DNA of 22,720 nt from IMG/VR virus record IMGVR_UViG_3300035034_001226, positions 1-22,720 of that record; one strand, given 5' to 3'. Shown piece by piece: positions 16,152 to 22,720 of the stretch. The position numbers and the translations under genes are program-made. A model generated the notes under the pieces. The model was not told the DNA's origin, ran no database searches, and saw only the letters and a list, made by a program, of their open reading frames with translations. Every line of letters starts with the position of its first letter. The stretch's first letter is position 1. The stretch comes from a virus.

Positions 16152-16718
16152 TTAGCGGAAAAATTCACCTATATCTAGTTCATATTTAACACTATCAACT
16201 TGGTGTAAGCCTATTAAATATAATATATAACTTGCACATGCACTACCTCTGCCTGTACCCCAAACTATATTCTTATCTCGAAAGGTTTCAACAACGTAAA
16301 TCATCGTCCGTAACATATCTAATTGACCCCTTTCGGTCCACACTCTAAGTTCCATTTTCATTCTAAAAAATCTAACTTCTAAATCTTTCCCTTTAAGTGA
16401 ATATCGCTTTATTTCACTTAACATACACTTGTTAACATACTCTACAACATCAAGTTCCTTATATTTTTCAGGAATAACCCATTCAGTTCTTATATCTTTT
16501 ATGTCTTTTTTAAAACCAATACTATGTTTTGGGAAATTTTCATTGTATTTCTGAACTTCTTCAGATTCGTATAACTCTTTTGATAAATGCATATTATAAA
16601 TTTTCTTACACTTTAATATTTCATCGTATAAAAAATCTATATCAACAACAGAATCACCATCTTTAAATAATATTCTATCATTCAATTTCACATAATCATC
16701 TTCAGTTATATTGGCCAT
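16152..16718 (-). CDS. dnaE: DNA polymerase III alpha (DnaE)-like protein, N-terminal fragment
   Basis: R..MEL...IVWGTGRGSACASYILYLIGLHQVDSVKYEL...F matches DnaE RL..EL...[33 protein letters not shown]. ATG 16718 (MANITE) is preferred to the track start at 16736. Confidence 0.85.
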   Translation of the reverse strand: MANITEDDYVKLNDRILFKDGDSVVDIDFLYDEILKCKKIYNMHLSKELYESEEVQKYNENFPKHSIGFKKDIKDIRTEWVIPEKYKELDVVEYVNKCMLSEIKRYSLKGKDLEVRFFRMKMELRVWTERGQLDMLRTMIYVVETFRDKNIVWGTGRGSACASYILYLIGLHQVDSVKYELDIGEFFR

Positions 16719-16724
16719 TTTACC

Positions 16725-16753
16725 ATTATAACACAATTTACTTATTAATTAAA
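16725..16753 (-). promoter_or_regulatory. Extended -10 sigma70-type promoter
   Basis: TGTGTTATAAT (TATAAT at 16730-16725) with a weak -35 TTTAAT at 17-bp spacing; ATG follows 6 nt after the -10. Confidence 0.6.
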
Positions 16754-17227
16754 CTCACTATTATATCCATTTGTCGAATCAATGGTTCTACCTTTAACAA
16801 CCTTACCTGATGATATTGCACCAGATTCTGAACGTTGACCAGCAGTACCCATATCTTCAACTTGAACTCGACGCATATCAATTCTTGGAGCATTGGATAT
16901 ACTTGGGTCTGCTTCCACATACTTTGGTCCTTCTGCACCTTCTTGCAATGGTACATCAAGTGAAGACCCTGCTATTTTAACATCACCTTGATTATATTCA
17001 TCATTATGGGTATGTGGTTCATTGCTTCTACTAACATTTACTTGACGTTCAATGACCTTGGGTTCATCAACTTTAATGGTTTGTATCATTTCAACAATAG
17101 ATTTCCATTGTTCCACATCGGGAACCCAATCATCATCCATGAAATCAACAACACCACTAATATATGATTGAAACTCAGATAGAGTTTGCTCTTTAGCCTT
17201 CTTTGTTCTTTTCTTTTTAGCTGCCAT
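16745..17227 (-). CDS. Hypothetical protein
   Basis: 160 aa; AGGAG SD; short ordered N-terminal domain (TLSEFQSYISGV...WVPDVEQWKSI) then a likely disordered tail. Confidence 0.75.
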   Translation of the reverse strand: MAAKKKRTKKAKEQTLSEFQSYISGVVDFMDDDWVPDVEQWKSIVEMIQTIKVDEPKVIERQVNVSRSNEPHTHNDEYNQGDVKIAGSSLDVPLQEGAEGPKYVEADPSISNAPRIDMRRVQVEDMGTAGQRSESGAISSGKVVKGRTIDSTNGYNSEFN

Positions 17228-17239
17228 TATATTCTCCTA

Positions 17240-17734
17240 TTATATCAAATCACCAATCAAGATATTCTTCAAATACTTGTTATAATTATCAGTTGGTGAC
17301 ATACATATCCAAGCATCAGGTCCAGCATGATGACATAGCATTGTATGTTTATTTAGCACTGGAAATTTCACTTGAGCTTCTGCATGATAGTCAAAAACCT
17401 TAATTGGTCCGGGAGTAACTATTCCACGTTCATGTTTAAACAGTACTGCTGTATGCCTAGTCCTAGCTAAATCACTAACTTCAACAATATCTACTTGTGC
17501 AGTCTCTTCAGAATATACTAGTATGTTCCAGTTAGTTGGTGCTTCAATAGGATAATCATTCACTGTGAATTCTAAGGTTCTAGTGGTCTGCTCTTCAAAC
17601 ATTTCTAGTGGTTGAAGGGTAAAGTCTATCTCATTTTGTAGTTCTAATTGCAACACCCAAAAGAATTTAGTTTTTATTGGTGTTTCAATATTGTCAATAA
17701 GTATAGGTGATGAATTTTCGTTTGAAATTATCAT
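17240..17734 (-). CDS. Hypothetical protein coupled to uvsW
   Basis: 164 aa; TAATG overlap with the helicase gene; GGAG SD; beta-rich composition. Confidence 0.8.
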   Translation of the reverse strand: MIISNENSSPILIDNIETPIKTKFFWVLQLELQNEIDFTLQPLEMFEEQTTRTLEFTVNDYPIEAPTNWNILVYSEETAQVDIVEVSDLARTRHTAVLFKHERGIVTPGPIKVFDYHAEAQVKFPVLNKHTMLCHHAGPDAWICMSPTDNYNKYLKNILIGDLI

Positions 17735-19224
17735 TAAGATATATTCTCCATTATTTTTTTATATTCTGTCTTTTCATGTTTATAATCATATTTCTTTTCT
17801 CTATAATGCTTGGCACGAGCATTAGAGTGGCGCTTGCAAAACTTAAAGTCCGAATATACATCGTAAACATTAACAGAGGTCTTATCATGTGCTTTTCGTA
17901 AACCTCTACCTATTGATTGTATCACTTGAACAAAACTCTTACCAGCATCAACTAAAAATAAATTAAATACACGTTTAATATTAAGACCAGTTGACCCTAG
18001 TGAAAATGTCGTTATTGCTGTAATATCATCATGATCATTAAATGAATTGTAAATTTCTTTTCTTATTTTCTTACTATCGTTACCATAAAAGAATATAGCA
18101 TTAGGTATTAACTTTGCTAAGGCTCTACCAAAATCGACGTTTGGAACTAACACCAAAGTATTTTTCTTCGGAGTTGATATTAATTTTGCGAGAAATGCTA
18201 ATCGTATTTTATCTTTCTGTAAGCTTTTTTTCTCAGCTTGGTAGTCACTAAAGAAACTTGCCTTAAATTGTGGGTATGTTACAGGCTCATGATCCTCATC
18301 GTCTTCTTCTCTATCCTTACAAAACTGTTCATACTCCGACGTTACATCCTCAACAAGCTCATATCTATATAAATTAAGTTTAGCAAGCCAACCACTTTTA
18401 ATAAGTTCCCAAGCTTCAACTTTCTCAACTACTTCACCTAATGTTATTCGAACTGCCATACGGTCAATTTCTTCTTCAGGTATGGTGCCTGTCAATCCTA
18501 TACGAACTAAACAGTTAGAACCATAGTCATTCAATATGGTTTGTAGTACCTGACCAGTAACACCATGACATTCATCTACAATAACAACTTGGTAATTAGA
18601 AATAATTCCTTTATTATTTTGTAATGATTGCCACGTTGTAACCAAATGATTATGATTAATATCCTTATGACCACCACCATATTGTCCAACATCAACACCA
18701 TATTCTTCTAACTCAGCATGTGTTTGACTAACTAGGTCAGATGATGGCACAATGATAATACACTTAAATGATTTAAATTCCTCATATATGTGACATAATG
18801 TCGCAGTCATAAGCGTTTTTCCAGCACCAGTGCCACCCTCAAATATGCCAGAACCTTCCAATAATTTATTAATACCACGAACCTGATGTTCCCCAAGAAT
18901 AACATCAAAACCACGATCCTTTAGATAATGATCATTTATAGATGGTATTGTTAAATCAACATTAACCCTATCATCAACCACTTCAATTTTATATTTAAGT
19001 CTAGTAAGTTCCTTAACAATTGTTGGTGCCAATTTTAAATAAGTGTTACCTGTCATAGAAAAGAAACGTATTTTACCATCCCAATGGCCCAACTTATATT
19101 TTATTTGATGTCTAAATCCTTTCGCATATATTGCAAACATGTTGGATAAATGCTGTGCGTCATCTTCCACTAATCCATGAACTTGAATATTAACTTCGTC
19201 TATTATGTGTATAGTTGCTTTCAT
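17734..19224 (-). CDS. uvsW: UvsW-like SF2 DNA helicase
   Basis: WDGKIRFF N-terminal motif, Walker A TGAGKT, TTWQSL, DECH, GLTGT, STGLNI, QSIGRGLR. Confidence 0.93.
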   Translation of the reverse strand: MKATIHIIDEVNIQVHGLVEDDAQHLSNMFAIYAKGFRHQIKYKLGHWDGKIRFFSMTGNTYLKLAPTIVKELTRLKYKIEVVDDRVNVDLTIPSINDHYLKDRGFDVILGEHQVRGINKLLEGSGIFEGGTGAGKTLMTATLCHIYEEFKSFKCIIIVPSSDLVSQTHAELEEYGVDVGQYGGGHKDINHNHLVTTWQSLQNNKGIISNYQVVIVDECHGVTGQVLQTILNDYGSNCLVRIGLTGTIPEEEIDRMAVRITLGEVVEKVEAWELIKSGWLAKLNLYRYELVEDVTSEYEQFCKDREEDDEDHEPVTYPQFKASFFSDYQAEKKSLQKDKIRLAFLAKLISTPKKNTLVLVPNVDFGRALAKLIPNAIFFYGNDSKKIRKEIYNSFNDHDDITAITTFSLGSTGLNIKRVFNLFLVDAGKSFVQVIQSIGRGLRKAHDKTSVNVYDVYSDFKFCKRHSNARAKHYREKKYDYKHEKTEYKKIMENIS

Positions 19225-19736
19225 TATAATAACGTCTTAAAGAACTCAGATTCTAGAGCACGAGTGATGTTGTTAAGGGTATATCCCCTCTGATTAAATG
19301 AATCATCTAATCCACTGTATAATTCATATAATCCCTTCACATCCATATACAACAAAGTTGCATCGTAAATATGTTCCTTACCATCAATCAATTGATTGGC
19401 AGCACGATCACTTAGGTCCGAAGCTCTAGGGCTAGATTCTTGTAATTTTTGACGTTCCTTACCTCTCTCATATTTTAATTTTTCTTCTACCGCCGCTAGA
19501 ATATGCTTAAGATTGCCACTACAATTACGAACAATACCATATTCATATGGGTGGTTAACTAATACATCATTTAAATTATTTCCGTTTATGTTCAACAACT
19601 TTCTAGCCAAACCATAAATCTTTCGATATTCATCAATTATATCTTCTATATTAGACATATCATCATTTATATCATAAACGGTCTTTAATTTAATTTTGAT
19701 AAGTCCATCTCTAATTTTAGATATATCATCAGTCAT
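19224..19736 (-). CDS. uvsY: UvsY-like recombination mediator
   Basis: Helical 170-aa protein ending F.QRGYTLNNI (T4 UvsY RGFAIK.I-like); lies between uvsX and uvsW. Confidence 0.7.
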   Translation of the reverse strand: MTDDISKIRDGLIKIKLKTVYDINDDMSNIEDIIDEYRKIYGLARKLLNINGNNLNDVLVNHPYEYGIVRNCSGNLKHILAAVEEKLKYERGKERQKLQESSPRASDLSDRAANQLIDGKEHIYDATLLYMDVKGLYELYSGLDDSFNQRGYTLNNITRALESEFFKTLL

Positions 19737-20310
19737 ATTTTTTGCTCAATTTATATTTCTCTTTTTGCTCATCAGATAATTCATCCATATTAAATGGCTT
19801 TAAAAAATCTGGCATTCTATTACCATCTTTAGATGTTGGCTGTGGTTTATGTACTTCTTGGGGCTTTGGTAATTCACCACTAGGATCGGGTGTTTGTATA
19901 GCTTCTGGTTCTTTATGAATCTCAGGAATTAACTTGGTTATACTTTCATATGTTATGTTTGGGTCACTTAGCAATTCCTTAAATGCTGAATAGTCCATAA
20001 TGGTTTTCAACTGTAATAACTTACCGCATATTTCGGATAGTTCATATGGTGTTCGTTCTTCTTCTAACATTATTATTGGTATAACCATGCATACATATTC
20101 TTCATCCTGTTGACCACTTAGTACATACCTACCAATTATATAAATGAAATTACTTTCCTCACTTACTCTGGTAATATTATCCCATTTAGTCTTAGCCTCA
20201 GTTTTAAAAGTAATTTCAAACATCCGGTTAAATAAATCTGAATACCCATCTATGAGATGAGCATTCAGTTTATCAATAGCATTGAAATAGCGTTCAATTG
20301 AAAGCTTCAA
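19729..20310 (-). CDS. Hypothetical protein between uvsX and uvsY
   Basis: 193 aa; TTG start with GAGG upstream; fills the gap exactly. Confidence 0.7.
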   Translation of the reverse strand: MKLSIERYFNAIDKLNAHLIDGYSDLFNRMFEITFKTEAKTKWDNITRVSEESNFIYIIGRYVLSGQQDEEYVCMVIPIIMLEEERTPYELSEICGKLLQLKTIMDYSAFKELLSDPNITYESITKLIPEIHKEPEAIQTPDPSGELPKPQEVHKPQPTSKDGNRMPDFLKPFNMDELSDEQKEKYKLSKKYD

Positions 20311-20311
20311 T

Positions 20312-21433
20312 TTAACTTTCCTCTACTTCTTCTACCTTCTTCCTACCTCGCCTAGACTTAGGTTTATCTTCTTTCTTTTCTTCAGATGCTTCAACTTCAA
20401 CATATTCACTAAGATCAGCATTAACAGTAGTTTCCTTGGAGTCTACCTTTTTAATTTCATCTAAAAGCATATTCATGAAGTCTAAATCACTTTCGGCCTT
20501 ACCTTGTTGGAATTTTGGACCTTCGAATGAAACTGGTGTATACCAGCCCTTATTTTTGTCTATAATTCCAAACTCAGTAGCGATTTCAATCAAGCCTGAA
20601 AATTCATCCACACCATTATCAAATGGAATTTCAATTTTAACCGTTTGCTTTTCTCGGCCTATTCGATTTTTATATGCAGTCGCTTTCAATGTAAAACCTT
20701 GATGGACTTTTTTACCACTAATTTCCTTTTTAAATTGAAGCTTCTCAAACATAATAATTTGCGAAAATGCAAATTGTAATGATGGGGTAAATACCCAAGG
20801 ATTTTCTAAAGCCTTAATTGGGTCTTGTTCTTTATAAGGCTGCTTAGTACATATGATAGATATTGGTAACCCATTTACAGAGTGAACCCAAGTCTTTAAC
20901 ATACCTTTTAATTGTTTAGCTTGCTGTCCCTGATCGCCACCGATATCACCTTTGGTATCGAGTCGTTTCTGTTCAGTTTCTGTCAACAGCATATCAAGAG
21001 AGTCAACAATAATAACTCCACGAATTTCCTCACCACTAGCTTTATAATCTTTAAGAATATCATTCACTACTGAGGTAGTTTGGCTAATACCATCTACCCC
21101 AACATATTGATAGTTATCACTATCAACATCTACACCACAATTAGCCATGAAATCACTATCAAGTGATGTTTCCGAATCAATGACGAATGCAAATCCACCA
21201 TCTCGTATTACTGCTGCTGCTACACTTGCTGCTACTAAACTTTTACCTGAACTTGAATGTCCAGTTAATGCAGTCAATCTGCCTTGTGGAATTGCACCAT
21301 TAAAATCACTTGTCATTAATTTGTTTAATGCATAGTTACCACAATGTAGAAAATAACTGGGTGGTAATAATTCTGTATTTACACCTTCGTTTTTTTCTAA
21401 TTTCTTTTTATATTTTTCCATGAAGGATACCAT
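20312..21433 (-). CDS. uvsX: UvsX / RecA-like recombinase
   Basis: GNYALN, IPQGR, Walker A GHSSSGKS, IDSE, Walker B IIVDSL, GDQGQQAK, KNR, IPFDNGVD, GWY. Confidence 0.93.
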   Translation of the reverse strand: MVSFMEKYKKKLEKNEGVNTELLPPSYFLHCGNYALNKLMTSDFNGAIPQGRLTALTGHSSSGKSLVAASVAAAVIRDGGFAFVIDSETSLDSDFMANCGVDVDSDNYQYVGVDGISQTTSVVNDILKDYKASGEEIRGVIIVDSLDMLLTETEQKRLDTKGDIGGDQGQQAKQLKGMLKTWVHSVNGLPISIICTKQPYKEQDPIKALENPWVFTPSLQFAFSQIIMFEKLQFKKEISGKKVHQGFTLKATAYKNRIGREKQTVKIEIPFDNGVDEFSGLIEIATEFGIIDKNKGWYTPVSFEGPKFQQGKAESDLDFMNMLLDEIKKVDSKETTVNADLSEYVEVEASEEKKEDKPKSRRGRKKVEEVEES

Positions 21434-21466
21434 ATCATTCTCCGATATTATTTTATTTTTATTGAG

Positions 21467-21495
21467 AAAAAATTGGGGGCGATTGCCCCCAATTT
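21467..21495 (-). terminator. Rho-independent terminator/attenuator after ssb
   Basis: Perfect 11-bp inverted repeat AAATTGGGGGC-GATT-GCCCCCAATTT (21470-21495) ending in a T run on the minus strand, 3 nt after the ssb stop. Confidence 0.9.
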
Positions 21496-21498
21496 AGT

Positions 21499-22503
21499 TT
21501 AACCGCCTAGTTGCTTTAAGATGTCATCATCGTCATCATCGTCAGATGATCCTTCACCGATCAATTCATCTATTCCACTAGCATCAGCATCTTCTGGAAC
21601 ATCACCAACATTATCATCAGCATCAGCATCAATTACAGGGTCAGCCGATTCTGTTTTTGCAGGTTCTTCATCTTTCTTAGAGGAACGTCTGCGGTTGATT
21701 TGAGCTTCTAGATCAGACTGTGATGATTGTTGCTCTTCACCTTCATCTTCATCTTGGCTCCCACCAGAATATGCAGTGGATGAATCCAACCCACGTAGAT
21801 GTCGCTCTAGTATTTCAGAAGCTTCATCATATGTTGGTGTTGGTGGTATCAGTGTTGACAATGGTTGGTCAGTTTGAGCATCAGCATATTCACTAACATC
21901 ACTTGCACGTCGAGCAAAATCACTACTTACATCATACTTACCATACTCTTTGTCACCATCCTTCTGAATAACTTTTACAATTTCAAAGTTAATACCAGTT
22001 TTAAGATCAAAAAAGATTTCATCATCTTCAAGTTTCTTAACGCCATTCTTCAATACCATGTTAAGCTGGTGAGTGAACTTAAAGTTAACTTCTTTACCAA
22101 CTTTACTTTCATGACCTTCAATAGCTTCTAAACCATCTTCAATCACAATGCCACGTAAAATTGCGAATGCTTCACGCCAGTAATACTTACCAAGCTTTTT
22201 ATTGTCTGCATCATACATTTTTTTAGAATGTTCACAAAATGGACATGGTGTTGATTTGCCATTATTTTTAAGGCATGGGACACGAACCCACTTATCATCA
22301 ATTTGGACTTTATGTTCCAAATAATCGATATAACAGTCGAGTTCATTTCCCATATCGGGGTCTTCGGAAATTCTAAGTACGGTTTTACCGTCTTTTAGTA
22401 GTTTCCAATGTGGGTAGTAATACCCATCAGTGTTGTTGTCTTTACCCTGCAATTCTTGGGTTATTTTATCTTTCATTCCTTGTAAGGACTTTCGTTTAGC
22501 CAT
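21499..22503 (-). CDS. ssb: Single-stranded DNA-binding protein (T4 gp32-like)
   Basis: YYPHW, H...PCL.....CPFCE Zn ligands, G.NFEI.K......YGKYD.S.F, long acidic tail ending DDDDDDILKQLGG; AGGAG SD; precedes uvsX. Confidence 0.9.
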   Translation of the reverse strand: MAKRKSLQGMKDKITQELQGKDNNTDGYYYPHWKLLKDGKTVLRISEDPDMGNELDCYIDYLEHKVQIDDKWVRVPCLKNNGKSTPCPFCEHSKKMYDADNKKLGKYYWREAFAILRGIVIEDGLEAIEGHESKVGKEVNFKFTHQLNMVLKNGVKKLEDDEIFFDLKTGINFEIVKVIQKDGDKEYGKYDVSSDFARRASDVSEYADAQTDQPLSTLIPPTPTYDEASEILERHLRGLDSSTAYSGGSQDEDEGEEQQSSQSDLEAQINRRRSSKKDEEPAKTESADPVIDADADDNVGDVPEDADASGIDELIGEGSSDDDDDDDILKQLGG

Positions 22504-22513
22504 GATTAATTCT

Positions 22514-22601
22514 CCTAATCTTCTAAGACTTCTATGTTTCTAATATTATTTCTAATACTACTAAGTTTACTACTTCTTCTAATATTACTAAGACTTCTAA
22601 A
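22514..22601 (-). repeat. Short direct repeats (TTAG/TTAGAA) in the ssb leader
   Basis: About 7 TTAG units plus TAG variants in about 90 nt; 12-mer CTAAGACTTCTA (+ strand) at 22523 and 22588. Confidence 0.7.
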
Positions 22602-22670
22602 TTAAAGGTCTGTAATACAATATGGTGAATTGTACTCCTGTCCTTATAATTATCAACATCAACTTTTCAA

Positions 22671-22718
22671 TTATCGTAAAAATCTATCTCTACGTAATTC
22701 ACCAGCTAATGCCATTAA
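22671..22718 (-). CDS. C-terminal end of an upstream gene (partial)
   Basis: Frame reads ...LMALAGELRRDRFLR* with TAA at 22673-22671 and is open to the window edge. Confidence 0.5.
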   Translation of the reverse strand, partial: LMALAGELRRDRFLR

Positions 22719-22720
22719 AT

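Noticed and set aside
16145-16163. Weak hairpin around the DnaE N-fragment stop, suggesting gene 60-style ribosomal bypass
   Set aside because: The stem is mostly G-U pairs, and a 5-kb hop across eight genes is implausible.
10595-16718. Split intein or trans-splicing joining the DnaE halves (as in cyanobacterial DnaE)
   Set aside because: Neither fragment carries extra sequence or intein motifs (Cys/Ser start block, terminal His-Asn), and no intron-like non-coding space flanks them.
14130-21265. His in the Walker A loops of both the clamp loader (GHRGTGKT) and UvsX (GHSSSGKS)
   Set aside because: It falls at a variable position of the P-loop, and the GK[ST] core is intact in both.
22514-22601. 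CRISPR array or replication iterons in the ssb upstream repeats
   Set aside because: Units are only 4-12 nt, irregularly spaced, with no unique spacers.
1-22720. Stop-codon or His-codon reassignment
   Set aside because: Conserved genes are full length in the standard code. TAG ends 2202..3173 at the same point where its paralog ends in TAA. CAC also occurs at an unremarkable position in ssb, so the three CAC codons in the DEDD gene do not indicate recoding.
1-22720. tRNA, rRNA, transposase, homing endonuclease
   Set aside because: No cloverleaf or T-loop signatures or relevant protein motifs were seen, and intergenic gaps are mostly too short.

Overview
AT-rich, densely coded segment of a large T4-related (jumbo-type) myovirus genome, almost all on the minus strand; the two-component spanin implies a Gram-negative host. 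In transcription order (right to left): a recombination/replication block (gp32-like SSB, UvsX, an unknown ORF, UvsY, UvsW, two unknowns), the N-terminal piece of a split, miniaturised DnaE (Pol III alpha)-like polymerase, a GroES-like co-chaperonin, a membrane coiled-coil protein, clamp-loader subunits (gp44- and gp62-like), two Zn-binding proteins, a tail-fibre chaperone, the C-terminal catalytic piece of the DnaE-like protein, a small divergent late unit, a P-loop kinase, a DEDD-fold exonuclease whose acidic catalytic residues are replaced by histidines, Rz/Rz1-like spanins, probable internal head proteins including a ~765-aa multi-module protein punctuated by prohead-protease-like sites, and three mosaic fibre-like proteins (the last runs off the window and is missing from the ORF track). 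T4-type late promoters (TATAAATA), sigma70-type promoters and one strong terminator are visible. Highlights: the palm-only split DnaE, the His-substituted DEDD protein, the putative head polyprotein, two candidate leaderless mRNAs and a repeat-rich SSB leader. All family calls come from motif recognition by eye; no searches were run.
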